DNA of 64,000 nucleotides, taken from positions 91,512,001 to 91,576,000 of the forward strand of contig OZ024742.1 in NCBI GenBank assembly GCA_964016885.1, given 5' to 3'. The stretch is from Eledone cirrhosa (taxonomy: Eukaryota). Shown in pieces: positions 1 through 13,011 of the stretch (position 1 is the stretch's first letter; every line of letters begins with the position of its first letter). A program made the translations under genes and the position numbers. Under the pieces are notes generated by a model. The model saw only the letters and a program-made list of their open reading frames with translations, ran no database searches and was not told where the DNA came from.

Positions 1-745
1 GGCTTGTATCGAAAGTCCTCATGCACAATTCTTCATATAGTGTACCTTGAAATCTTTAGCTTCTTGGTGATGACACTAATTGACCTTCTGACGTGCTTAT
101 CGGCAATTTTCTATACCTTTCCTACAAATAAGGGTGATAAGATGGTATTAGACTCTTAGCAGGTATTTTACGTTTGGCTATGCGTAACTTTCAGGAAGGG
201 AGCAATTTCTAAATTACCATGTTCTGCCTTTAATGCAACCATTACAGGCTGCCTTTTCATATGCTGAGTTAGCTTGATGTCTCTCATCTTTTATTTGACA
301 AGAAATGGAAATTAGTTAGAAAATAGTTAGTGCTATTAAAAGACGTGTGCTCAAAGAACTATGCATCACTGCAGTAGCAGAAATATCATACTCCAAGCTG
401 TTTTCAGATGTGTAAGTATGTGCGTGGATTTTAACTGAGAAAGCAGAGTGCCGGAACACACGCAGCAAAACATTCTATCCGACTTTTTAACAACTCTGCA
501 AATTCGCCGCGTATCAAAGTATATAGATGCATGAGAGAAACACCTACATTTTCCACATGCAAATGGTACGTACCGACATATTTCGTCTTGCGTTTTATTT
601 TATTTAATGGACAGTCGCTTATTCTCTTAAAAGTAAATATGGGATATAAATAAGCAGACACATAAGTGAAAAGCCAAACACAGTACATTTAATTAAATTC
701 GAACCCCTATCGATTCTCGAATAAATCAGTTTCTTTTTATCAACT

Positions 746-1050
746 CATAGATAGAAAGGATCTCCGTCGGTTTCGACGAAGAATGTTCCAGTTGATACGA
801 TCAACAGAACAGCTTGTAATTAACGTGTAAGTGGTTGTGCGTTCCATAGGCACGTGCACTCTTTGTACCTTTAATGTAGTTCTCAACGAAGTTCAGTTCG
901 ACACAGTGTGTGTGAAAACTGGCGCTTTGAATAACAGGTTCACCTCATTTTTGCCAGCTGAGTGGAGTGGAGCAGCGTAAAATATAGTGACTTGCTCAAT
1001 GACACAAAGTAATCGAGCTCATGACATTAATATCGTGTTCGAAACCGAAT
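746..1050 (-). mobile_element. Degenerate tRNA-derived CORE-type SINE (octopus-like family 2)
   Basis: Contains ctcatttttgccagctgagtggagtggagcagcgtaaaat...gacttgctcaatgacaca, the reverse complement of a CORE-like block; related pieces at ~25860, ~28070, ~32310, ~39870, ~53900 and ~55850. Confidence 0.6.
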
Positions 1051-1484
1051 GTTTCCTTCTGTCACTACTCGGGGGACTTTGGCTACGTGCAAGTAAACAA
1101 ACTATACTCCATATATTGAGTGCATATGGAAACATATATGGATATGTGTATATCCCAATGTATGTATATATATATATAACAAGGAAGATGTAACAAACTT
1201 TCCTCAACACTTAATTTTAAATTTTTAATTCTTAATTTTTAATTCTTATTAATTCTTTTTAATTGTAATACTCAACATTCGATAAGATGGAGTTTACTAA
1301 TACATCGAAACCGGTTATATTTTATATACTTTATATACATTATAAAAGTATTTTTTAAAAGAATTGTCCCTCTCATTTTTTCAATAATCTCATTTTTTCA
1401 ATAATGTCACGTTGACGAATCAAAGTAGGAAAAAAAAAGAAGAAAAACATCCTTAAATGTATTTTCCGTGCTATTTCGAATTCC

Positions 1485-1554
<70 letters not shown>

Positions 1555-1875
1555 CACTCTTCGTTGAATGCATGTTTATTGCATCTACTATGCGTGTGTG
1601 TGACTGCTGGTTTAGCTGGCCTCCTCTAAGGTATATCTCGTTGGAGGTGTCTTGGGTGATGTAATGATAGGGACCCCAGTCCTATCATCTCATTGCTATA
1701 GCTGAGTAAACTGGAGCAACGTGAATAAAGTGTGTTGAACTCACAACCTTTTGATTGCAATGCTCTACTATAGAATCCCATGAAACACACACACATACAA
1801 ACAGACACATACACATACACACACAAACACACACCACCAACTGACATCCGTAGGGCGAGTTTGAATATAATTATT

Positions 1876-2033
1876 AAGGCGAGTTACTACAATGTACGTA
1901 CGTTTCGTTAACCCAGTGGATCAACTTGCTCAACCTGTGCCGATGAAAATGAACCAGAACAGGTTGTACAATTTGGTCATCAGGACTAACGAAATGTACG
2001 TACCTGGTATGGAGCCGTTGTAGTAACTGGCCT

Positions 2034-2034
<1 letters not shown>
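1876..2034. repeat. Imperfect inverted repeat / MITE-like hairpin
   Basis: aaggcgagttactacaa..gtacgtacgtttcgtta..caacctgt pairs with acaggttg..taacgaaatgtacgtac..ttgtagtaactggcctt. Confidence 0.65.
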
Positions 2035-2066
<32 letters not shown>

Positions 2067-2435
2067 CACACACGCCAACAAACACGCACACACTATCACA
2101 CACGCACTCACATATAAGACACAGGCACACTCACAATCACACCGAGGTACCTGTTGAGGTGTTTACATATGTTGATAAGTGTTATGATAAGGATTATATA
2201 AACAATATTGTATACAATGTGTATATATCAATGTATATATATATATCATGTATATATAATAGTGGGGGCTAAAAGTGCTAAAATGTCGACTGTCAGACGC
2301 ATTTATCGATTTTCAATGGAAAGCTTGTATCTGAGCACAATTTGTGCCAAATCAGCAAACAACGAACGTTGAACTAAGTACAATGAATGGTTGTGGGTGG
2401 TAGACCCCAATCTCTCTCCCTCTCTCTCTTTATAT

Positions 2436-2469
<34 letters not shown>

Positions 2470-2609
2470 ATATATATATATATATCTATATATATCTAAT
2501 ATATATATATATATAATATATATATATTTTATAGTCGAGACAGTAAACAAAAAACAAAAAAACAACCTGGAAGCGAAGAGGCAGTACAAATGTTAATATT
2601 AGTTTCACG

Positions 2610-2655
<46 letters not shown>

Positions 2656-2722
2656 TACATCATACATATATATAAATATACATCATACATACATATATAC
2701 ATACATGAATACATGCACGCAC

Positions 2723-2814
<92 letters not shown>

Positions 2815-2816
<2 letters not shown>

Positions 2817-3552
2817 CATATCTTGATAGGTTTGATGCCGAGTGCTGCATGGCTGAGATGAAAATAAGTGCTGCGAAAACTGAAACACTCGTCCTCTCAA
2901 TGAAGCCGGCGTAGTGCAATCTACATGTGAATGGAATTCCACTGAAGAAGGTGGTGAAGTTCATGTATCTCGGGACCGGGTTCACGAGTGATGGAAGACA
3001 CGAGGCTGAATTAAGGGCAACAAATGCAGGAGTCGGTGCAATACTACACCAGCTTCAGCATTCAGTAATCAGAAGAAGCGAGGTAGATATAAAAATCAAA
3101 CTCACTATCTTCATTTCGGTATTTGTGCCAAACCTTACACATGGTCATGAATCTTGGGTAATGATCGAAAGAATATGACTGCGTATACAAACGGCCGAAA
3201 TGAGGTTCCCCTGAAGGGTCGTTGGAGTAAAGTTACTCGATAGAGTGCATAGATCGGAGATCAGAGAATCGCTCCATGTAGAGCCGCTCCTTGTCTGAAT
3301 TGAGAGATTTTAGCTCTGATACTATGGGCCTGTGGTTAGAATGTCCCAGGAAAGATATTGAGGGCAAAAGCAACTGACAGGATACCGCGGGGTTGACCCC
3401 GAGAAAGATGTTGGATAACATCCATGAGCTGGGCTGGTCTCGCTTGGGTATCCAGCCGAATCATTGAAGACAGTTGCTTCAGACAGGACCTGCTGGAAGA
3501 AGCGTTTGAGGACTCTGCCCCAACGTCCCTCCCAAGAATAAGTAGGTGAAGA

Positions 3553-3556
<4 letters not shown>
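2815..3556 (+). mobile_element. 5'-truncated, decayed RTE-clade LINE (RT C-terminal region)
   Basis: Translates to [31 protein letters not shown] and RIQTAEMRF with in-frame stops; ends in gaagaaga; sits between (TA)n and (CT)n/(TA)n. Confidence 0.8.
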
Positions 3557-3635
<79 letters not shown>

Positions 3636-3680
3636 GAGAGAGAGAGAGAGAGATAGTGAGGGAGAGAGTGGGGAGTGCAA

Positions 3681-3757
3681 AGGGGAGTGCTAAGCTCTGA
3701 GGAATACCAACAGTATGAAACAGAGATCTAAGGGGAGTGCTAAGCTCTGAGGAATAC
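3681..3757. repeat. Short direct duplication (aggggagtgctaagctctgaggaatac x2, ~50 bp period)
   Basis: Seen directly in the sequence. Confidence 0.85.
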
Positions 3758-3853
3758 TGAATACTAACTAATACTTATTACTAATTTATACTTATTCCTA
3801 ATTAAACTATTTTCCCCTGGGAAACATTTGTCACCATTTTCTTTTCCTTTTTA

Positions 3854-3917
<64 letters not shown>

Positions 3918-3919
<2 letters not shown>

Positions 3920-4000
3920 GCGATGAAATATCAATGATGGTTGACAAATCACTGACGAAGGACTAATTTTATCATATGTAACCCATGTGCAACCACGCAG
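3918..4000 (+). mobile_element. Fragment of non-coding repeat family A
   Basis: gcgatgaaatatcaatgatggttg..atcactgacgaaggactaattttatcatatgtaacccat..gcaaccacgcag matches copies at 18.2, 29.5, 44.5 and 48.1 kb. Confidence 0.8.
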
Positions 4001-4021
4001 TATTCTTCTTTCTTCTCATGT

Positions 4022-4076
<55 letters not shown>

Positions 4077-4859
4077 GATATAATCATACGCATATATAAA
4101 GAAAAAGAAAGACAGAGAGAGTGACCGAGGGTGTTAGTGTGGGATAGTGAGGGGGGGGGGGGGAGAAAGAAGTGGCATGACGGACAGGCAAGTGAGAAGG
4201 GAGAGAGAAAAAAGAGACAATAAGAAATGAAAGTGAGAGGAAGAAAAATACATCAGACCTACTTAGCTTACTGTGGGATAGAGAGAGGTGCGTGGAGAAT
4301 GGGAAACATGAGATGGGGAAGGTGGAAATGCTGTGAAATAGACCCAGTGAGAGGCAGTAAGAGGATTCTAAATACCTACCTATATTTACTTATGTGTTAA
4401 GGTAGCAGGCCTCGATCATAACTGTCTATGGGTTTTTACCCCTAATTCCTCTTCGAGGTGGAAGCCTAGGCTAGGTGTTTACGTTCGAAGATTTGTAGTC
4501 GTCCATGCATGCAAGTCTCGCTCTTTATGCCACGGATATTGTCCATAGGAAAGACAAACGTCGATTCAGCTTGTTACCAATGTCGAACTCGGAACGAAAA
4601 AGGCCGAAAGAAATTTCGAAAGGAATTCCACCCGGTTCTCTAACAATTCTGTCAATCCACCATCTTGGACTGGTACTTTTTTTATCGGATCCGTCAGTAT
4701 GAAACACAAGTTTGACCGCAACGTGATCTTTAACTCAGAACGGAGCTGGAAAAATAACACGATGCATATACCAACATTACCAATTCACTACAGTTTTATT
4801 CAACTACGACTGAATATATTTAATGGAAAACAAAGAACAACAACAACAAAAAATAATAA

Positions 4860-5410
4860 TTTCTTTATTGGCCACAAGGGCCGGCATATAGGGGACAATA
4901 CAAAAACAGGGACAGTGAGGGTTTACATGAAATCAAGTAAATATGATATAACAAATAACATGTAACAGTAAAATTACAACAAATAAATTCCCCAATACGG
5001 AGGTACCCCCCAGGGATGATTCAGGAACCCCACCAATTCTAAATTACCCTACTCTCCAAGACCACCCAAGGAAGGCCCACATCTCTTCCCCAAACTAGCC
5101 ATCCTACAGGCATATGGTCAGATCAGGCCCATTCACAAGGGGCATTCTCGCTACAATCACCCACCTTTTAACAAATGTACTGGAGGTTATGATTCCACTT
5201 TCCTTGTGGAAATTGGAAAAAAAAACTGATGACGGATTGGCCGAAGAGAAAAGTGTCTGTCTTCAGTTCTTTCAGCCGCGTCCACAACACAACCAGTTTT
5301 CGTCTGCCACAGTCACCTGGCAGACGAAAACTGCCTGCCCTTCCCGGTCAAAAGATGCGGCGAGGCGATCTTCACGATGGATTTGGTCGATAGCGGGATC
5401 TATCCTAAAC
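4860..5410 (-). mobile_element. 3' relic of a Tx1/L1-like LINE
   Basis: Minus strand reads ..DREGQAVFVCQV..VLWTRLKELKTDTFL..RKV..KRWVIVARM.., resembling a Tx1 ORF2 C-terminus; 3' end at ttctttattggccac. Confidence 0.55.
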
Positions 5411-5454
5411 GCTATAATAGCTGTTCGGAAAAGAATCCCCGCCAGTAATGCAGA

Positions 5455-5613
5455 GAACGAAAAGGAACTTCGCAATGGCTTTCATAAATTATATGAAAGC
5501 CTACAACATGGTCCTCCCACTCAGTCTGAGACCTTCCTTTAATTATGAGTGGGGGACCATGTTGTAGTCTTTCTTATAATCTATGAAAACCATTGCCAAG
5601 TTTATTTTCGTTC
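5455..5613. repeat. Imperfect palindrome (~68 bp arms, ~22 bp spacer)
   Basis: gaacgaaaaggaacttcgcaatggctttcata..caacatggtcctcccactca versus tgagtgggggaccatgttgtag..tatgaaaaccattgccaagtttattttcgttc. Confidence 0.8.
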
Positions 5614-5814
5614 CCTTGCAGTTCCTTAGAATAACCTTATCAATTAATACCTTATCTTTTGAATTCTGCTTCTTTCCCAAATCATGGCGAGTGTCAAACT
5701 TACACCTGAGGCAACATTTGATAATACACCCATTTTACAAGCAATGTTTATACAAATGATGCCACAAGGGCACAAACAACAGTAAATATCTTTACATGGT
5801 TTCTATTTTGTTAA

Positions 5815-6135
5815 TACTCTTCTCAGGACATGGATAGTGCCAGTCAGCACTATTTTCTTTGTTTCTTGGAGAGATTGCTTTCTTGTATCCGGTCCAAATA
5901 TTTTTCAGTTTCCTTTTTTAACATTCTAAGTGCGCCCACTATCACTGGTATTGTACAGAACTTATGATGCCACATTTTCTTAATTTCAATTGATAGATCT
6001 TTATATTCACTGAGTTTGCTGAACTCTTTCAATGAGATGCTACGATCTAATGCAATGCTCATTTCAATTAAGAAACATGTTTTCTCTTTATATCAGTTAT
6101 ATCAGGTCTGTTGGCCTTGATTTTTCTGTCAGTGT
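5815..6135 (-). mobile_element. R4/Dong-like non-LTR retrotransposon relic (restriction-like endonuclease C-terminus)
   Basis: RPDI..LIEMSIA..KLSEYKDLSIEIKKMW..TIPVIVGAL..QKIVLTGTIHVLRRVL across frameshifts. Confidence 0.8.
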
Positions 6136-6308
6136 TCGCGTGGAAATCCCAGCCGCAGGGACCCAAGACATTGGGGACGATACAAAGACAAAAGAATACA
6201 ACAGGGTAGGGTTTACCTCGAGTGAAGGAAAGAGGACATCACTGAAAAGAAAACAATGCGGATAATAATAATAGAATTTGTAATAAATATAATAATAGAA
6301 AAAAATAG

Positions 6309-6388
<80 letters not shown>

Positions 6389-8916
6389 TTATGTACGTAA
6401 ATATATAATATATAAATGGCTGAAGAATCTATAGGAAAACTAAAAAAGATTCATTTATATACGAGATATTGGCGGGAAAAAGTCACAGAACTACCTACGG
6501 GAATCGATCCATGCACATATAAGTATGCAGGCATTCACATATTTACACACAAATATATTTTATATAGCTTTCAACTAAGTACATAAAAACTGTTTTTTTA
6601 ATCATAGTGTATATTTTTAATAATCTTAACTCTTCACATTAGCGCTCCATCACTTCTCCGTCCACCACGCTACAGATAATTACAGACAGGCCTTGCCAAT
6701 AAACATGAAATATTTCGACAAAATAATCAATATAGAGATAGCTAACAACCAATGGTACTACTGCTTCTTGCTGAAGTCTTGCTAGTTGTTCGCCAGTGTT
6801 TTTAAGCTAGCTTGACACAAAATGTTAGGAAAGAATGACTGCTTAAGCTATACTTTAGCTTCTCGTTGCAAACTGTCTACTGCAGTTCGTGCCATGAATT
6901 TATGTTCCGATGTAGTCGTAGTAAAGGTATACTAACAATATCGATTTATCATATAGTGATAGATTCATGTATTGAACAGAGCGTATCTGATCGAGTGGTT
7001 GAGGTGAAGATAGTCGATAGGGTGAGTGAGTGTTCGATTCCAACTATCATCAGATCCATATTGCATCTGTGGCCAAAAAACTTAAAACTCACACGGCGAA
7101 GAACACTTAATATGTTCCATTTTAATCAGAGCCGGATCCTGGGTATTTATTGCACTAGCCTAATCCTTCAAGAAGCACCACTTTCTCTTGGTTCTGCGCT
7201 CCGTTCTCGCAAATGAAATAATTTCAACTTAAAGTTTGGCAAGTTAGCAAACATATCTTTTAACACTTCTTGCTCTGACCAGACTAATAAAATTAACAAA
7301 TTATTAAACTTGCATGTCTTACCACACAATCGACACACATACGTGCCAAATCATGATACAGATCAGAGAGTCGTTAGAATGTTGGATTAAATGATTCGCT
7401 GTATTTGTTTCCCTTATTAGGCTCTGAGTTCAAATCCCACAGAGGGCAACGCTGCCAGTCATATTTTCTGTGTCGATAAATAATGTATCAGTTTAGGGGC
7501 GGTGTCTTGGCAACATTGTTAGAGCTTTGAATGCAATGATTTGTCATATCTCTTTCGGCCAGTAGCCGTTTAAGTTCTTCTTCGATGTCACTGGTTCCAG
7601 CTGTGTTGGTCTTTGCCTTTCGCTTGGACAACATCGTTGGGTGGGGAAAGGAGACTTGTATGCATGAGTAACTCCTGGTCTTCTGCAGAAACGTTTTATC
7701 AAGCTTTGCGCCTTAGCAAATAACTCTCCAGATGTAATCCCATGGTCAACCATGACCGAGTGAGATTTTCGGTTAAGAAACTAAAGTGTAAATTGATACC
7801 GCAAGGTAGACATATATCAAGGTATTAAGCAGTGGCAGTTTTTGTTGCTATTGTTCTTGTTTAGCCCCAGGTCAGTCCTTATCGAGCAAGCCTTACAATC
7901 AAAAGATGTAATCAAACTTAATCATCCCATCTTTTCTCCAAACACAGTACACATCAGAGTGCATCATCCAATATATCCTTTTTTAAAATGTTAAGTAATA
8001 TAGTATCTGGTATCAGAAAGATTTGTTGCTATTTTTAGCAGATGGTCAGGCATGTGTGATATGAGAGAAATTGGCTGTTATTTGGAGCAGATTGGGTGAC
8101 TGCAAATATTCCGTGTATTTACGAAGTTCAAAATTCCTTATTGATACGAAGAACCATCGAGTCAAGTTGAGATAGAGTCGTGTTAGACAACTAACAATAA
8201 TGCCGCTTATTCGTATCGTATCATTGGACTACATTGTCCCTATAGACATGACACTCGACTATCTGATGATGCAATCCACTTAGATGTGAATACATACAGC
8301 GAAGTAAAAATGCTTCGTCGTTCTAAACATCCATAGACATGTTTCACTCACAGGCAAATTTAGATGAAGCGCCAAAAGCCTATAATTCCACAGATTTCGC
8401 TTCTTAGAAAAGGTAGAAATTCAACGCCCAAACTTTACAATCTATCGTAAATCATAAAAACTCGGCTGGACCTGGAGTTTTCTGGGAGATGCGAAGACTT
8501 TAGCCTAAGTTATCACAAACCCGTCAACCACACTATCTCTGTCGACAGAGGAATTCTAACAGCAATTTCTTGAAACGTCTTGTGGTGACGCAATCTACAC
8601 AATGGAACCATAACAGGATTCCCCCTCCATGCGTGCAAAAGGAACGTATCTGAGTAGTTTATTATGAGACGACAATCTCCACATGATCGGTAGCAGTTTA
8701 AGGATTTTAGAAAATTATCAAAGTCATAAAGAGTATCTCAAGGAAAGCAAGCGTGATGGTTAATATTCCTGAAATACAGCGCACTAACTTGAAATACGTA
8801 TATACAGGCGCTAACTTAATATACTCATAGTGAGACTCTCTCTATATATGTGCAAATTATACAGAAACATTATTCTAATCCACGCAGTGTTTGTGCTATC
8901 ATTAATTAATACTAGC

Positions 8917-9287
8917 GGTGGATTGGCAGTATCGGTAGAGAGTCGGACGCCATGCTTTCCAGCATAGTTACGTCCCTTTACGGTCTGAGTTCAAATCCCG
9001 CCGAGGTTTACTTTGCCTTTCATCCTTACAGGGTCGATAAAATAAAGTACCAGTAATGCACTGGTTAATTGCTGGCCTTGTGCCTAAAGTAGAAACAATT
9101 AATTAATTGTTTCTACTTTAGGCACAAGGCCAGCAACTACCCAGTGCCTCACTGGTACTTTATTTTATCGACCCTGTAAGGATGAAAGGCAAAGTAAACC
9201 TCGGCGGGATTTGAACTCAGACCGTAAAGGGACGTAACTATGCTGGAAAGCATGGCGTCCGACCCTCTACCGATACTACCAATCCAC
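8917..9287. mobile_element. Tail-to-tail palindrome of two near-identical tRNA-derived SINE copies (family 1) flanked by a ~16 bp direct repeat
   Basis: Each arm has A-box-like tggcagtatcggtag, B-box gagttcaaatcc and tttgcctttcatcc..gtcgataaaataaagtaccag; attaattaatactagc occurs at 8901-8916 and 9289-9304. Confidence 0.9.
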
Positions 9288-9623
9288 AATTAATTAATAC
9301 TAGCCAGTCAAACTTGCCCTTTATGTGAATAAGCTGTCAAGAAAATAGTTTCTTAACCCACATGGTTGCCAGGCGAAATCCTTAACTACGCATATATGGC
9401 CCCCCCCTCTCTCTCTATCTGTCTATTATTTCTATATATACAACTACATAATTCAAGAGACATAGAGTTAAATAATTTTCGTAGAGGCTGCTAGCCACAT
9501 TTTCTGTCACTAAGGGTATTTTACCTAAAGATATTTTCTAAAGCTATTACTATTCAAAGTGATTTCTGCATCTAGATTCCAACATGTATATATATATATA
9601 TATATATATGTAGATAAATCTAC

Positions 9624-9773
9624 CATTATTTCTGAAGACGGCATATATATGTGTTGGTATGTATATTTAATTTTGATAGTTTGTATAATTTTGTATAATT
9701 TTGTACATAGATCTGTTGAATATACATGCCAATTCTAACACATATATATCCTAGAAACGATCGTTAAATAATG
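9624..9773 (+). ncRNA. Type I hammerhead-ribozyme-like motif with extended stem II (family C)
   Basis: CATTATTT-CTGAAGA-[~115 nt hairpin]-GAAA-CGATCG-TT-AAATAATG: perfect 8-bp stem I and palindromic stem III. Confidence 0.7.
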
Positions 9774-9829
9774 AACTTTTTTTGTTTAATATAAGGAACT
9801 GTTTCATTGTTTTATTCATTATTTTTTTA

Positions 9830-9877
<48 letters not shown>

Positions 9878-9988
9878 ATGTACCGTTTATTTTTGAGACT
9901 CGAAACCGATTCGGTAAAGGTAACCATAGTAAGTAAAGTTAATATTTTAAAATTTATTTTGAAACTTTTTCTTATTTGCTAAACCTTG

Positions 9989-10120
<132 letters not shown>

Positions 10121-10499
10121 ATTATAAATAAGAAATCAGAAACCTTTCCCACTAGCCCCCATAAAAACATACAATCGCTTAACTACTACAAATCAAACAA
10201 TGTCAATTAACAACCTTATATTTCAACTAATGCTTAACTTTATCACCAATGTCATCCTCTGTCATTAGTCTTTAATATTTGTATGGATTATATGATAGAT
10301 TTGTTTAATAAATATGCTATCTTTTCTAACCTCTTCTCATTGACCTTAATAATAATAAATACTCAAATATAACTACTGGAGATGTTTCATTCCATTCCCA
10401 TTCTATTCGTTGCCATCATTTTGATAACTTTATAGGACAAATATATATATTAAATAGGCATTAAATGCAAAAAACATAAATTTAGTTATGTCTGTACGC

Positions 10500-10770
10500 T
10501 TGAACTAGTGAGTGGATGAGAGGGCTGTGGTGCGGTCAGTATTACGTGCGTAGGTAAGGGCAACTTGAATGACGGCGGGAGGATATCCACGCTGGATGAA
10601 GCGAGAGGCCATGTGTTGAGACTGGATCTCAAAATCATGGTCCTGGTTGCAGAGCCGACGAAGACGGAGAAAAAATTGGGAGTAGGGTATAGAGGGTTTT
10701 GGTTGGGTGAGGTCGGAGGAGGTGAAATCAAGGTAAGAATGGGAGTCAGTAGGTTTGTATGTATGTATAT
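10500..10770 (-). mobile_element. Penelope-like element relic (RT C-terminal/thumb region)
   Basis: YKPTDSHSYLDFTSS..SIPYSQFFLRLRRLC..FIQRGYP is a typical PLE motif. Confidence 0.85.
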
Positions 10771-10780
10771 ATATATATAT

Positions 10781-11385
10781 GGTCGGGTCGTTGGCGACTA
10801 AACTGGCAACCCCACCAAGGTTTCTTGGTGAGGAGGGTGACTTTGGACATCCTGCAGGACTAAAAACAAAACCTGTCAAAGGGCAAAGGAGCTCTTAAGA
10901 GTCAATGGCCATCCAAAATCACCGGGAGAGATGACCCTTTAGCCTTTGTCAAGGCAGAATTCTAGGAGAAGGAAAACTCTGAGAGATGACCCCTTAGCCT
11001 TTGTCAAGGCAGAATTCTAGGAGAAGGAAAACTCTGATATAACACCTGCAACCCTGATGGTATCCAATGATGTTGACTTGTTCTTCTTTTTGGTAAATAT
11101 CATCTTGGGTTAAGAGAGTGGGACTGGCTTTGTGCAGTGCCTTTGCTCACTATAAAAGCTTCACGGCACAGGCATTGCTTTATATCTGGAGATCTCTCTA
11201 CACTTGTCGTCACATGGTACCAAGGGCCCAGCACTATGTGTCAAGAATTTTCACAGGTGTAGTGTTTGTACCAGAGTTTTCACGTCGCTGGCTGGACTAA
11301 AAGTCACACTTGTTTAGCGCATCGGTAGGGGTTCTCCTACATGGATATAAAGTAGTGGCCGTACTCGAAAACGAGTTGGCAGCCA

Positions 11386-11388
<3 letters not shown>
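10781..11388 (+). mobile_element. Unclassified repeat fragment between (TA)n tracts, with an internal 55-bp tandem duplication (10926-11035); possibly a LINE 5' UTR
   Basis: Higher-GC island bounded by (TA)n; gagagatgaccc(c/t)ttagcctttgtcaaggcagaattctaggagaaggaaaactct occurs twice. Confidence 0.45.
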
Positions 11389-11453
<65 letters not shown>

Positions 11454-11742
11454 CGTGTGTGTGTGTGTGTGCGTGTGTGAAAAAGTATATGTATGTATGT
11501 ATGTTCTTCTGGGTTTTATAATTTCACAAATTTTTGCCAATAGAGACAGAGTCAATTTCTAACATAGATACAATACTGTCTCATTGGAAGTTACACAACA
11601 TCGACTAGGTAGATATCTATGCATGTCTGCATGCATGCATGTGTGTGCAGGTATGGATGTTATTGTATGTGTGCATGTGCATATGCTTTGTATTTGTACA
11701 AGTGTATATTAAGTTATTAGATGCAGAATTTTTGGATGTATG

Positions 11743-11776
<34 letters not shown>

Positions 11777-11907
11777 TGCATGTATGTATATACACACACA
11801 CACGTATATACATATGTGTTGGTGTCTTAATGATACTGACTTCAGTAAATTATTGAGTGGGAAAACAACAGAAGGTTTATCGGTCCTATTCGTCAGCTTC
11901 GTTTCAT

Positions 11908-11958
<51 letters not shown>

Positions 11959-12244
11959 TATCATGGTAACAAGGGGAGATAATTTATCAAGTAGCTGTAG
12001 CAAGTAATTGCAGTAGCAGACAAGACGTCACCATATATATTGATTAATAACAACATTATTACGTAAACCAATACATAACAAAGGTCAAATAAACAAATAG
12101 ACTTATTAAAACATCTTCATATATTGATATATTGAACGAAAGGGAGAGAAGAAAAGTAAAAACAAATAATATAATATATCAAACAAACAGACAAACCGAC
12201 GAACAAAGCCAGCCCACATATTGGATATTTACATAATGTCCACG

Positions 12245-12450
12245 TTGTGTATTACATTCAATGATGATAAAATTCTGATGTCATTGTCAAACATAAGCGA
12301 CATCAGTTTCTTTTATAATAATAATACGGTCCTATTAATCAAACCTTTGATAATAAATCAACTGTTGTTGCAAGTTCGTATCGGTCTCCCTATAAGTCTT
12401 TCCAACACAGCGCGCTCCTTGAAGAAAGGTTATGGTGTATTCGAGAGATA
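12245..12450 (-). mobile_element. Decayed PLE GIY-YIG endonuclease relic
   Basis: Frameshifted CGKTY(I)GETDTNLQQ..SLNV can be read on the minus strand. Confidence 0.4.
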
Positions 12451-12770
12451 ATTAGAAAAAAAAAAAAAATCAAAATTTTTTATTCGAAAATGTGTGTGAG
12501 TTCGAATCTCACCAAAAGCTTTTCAATCATGCCTCTGGTCATTACTTTTTCATACCTCATCTTTGCTTAATTAGGTTGTGGTCACTATTAAATAAAGCGA
12601 AAGACGAAATATATCGTTACGATTTCGTATAATTTGCATATCAAAAATATTGTTTTCCCTTTTCATACATTAGTACACATTAACAAATGCAATACGAAAC
12701 ACAATCACAAACATACGTAGACTTACAGAAAACCACAAGGAGGGTAATATTTCTGCTAGCTGATAAATAA

Positions 12771-12990
12771 GACCGATGGAATGGCAGAATCGTTAGAGCA
12801 TCGGAACAAATGCTTTGCAGCATTTGGTTACGAACCTCTAAGTTCTGAGTTCAAATCCCACCGAGGTCAACTCAGCATTTCCTTTATCCAGGATACATAA
12901 AATAATGTACGTCATGTATTAGGGTCAATTTAATAAACTTTCACCTCCCCCCAAATGTGCTGGCCTACTACCGAAATTAGAAATTATTAT
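12771..12990 (+). mobile_element. tRNA-derived SINE family 1
   Basis: tggcagaatcgttagagc..ctgagttcaaatcccaccgaggtcaac..gctggcct..ttagaaattatt. Confidence 0.85.
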
Positions 12991-13011
12991 TTAAACATTG
13001 ATAAATTAATC

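Noticed and set aside
8917-9005. tRNA genes at the SINE heads
   Set aside because: Only A/B-box remnants are present, followed by SINE body; no complete cloverleaf is visible.
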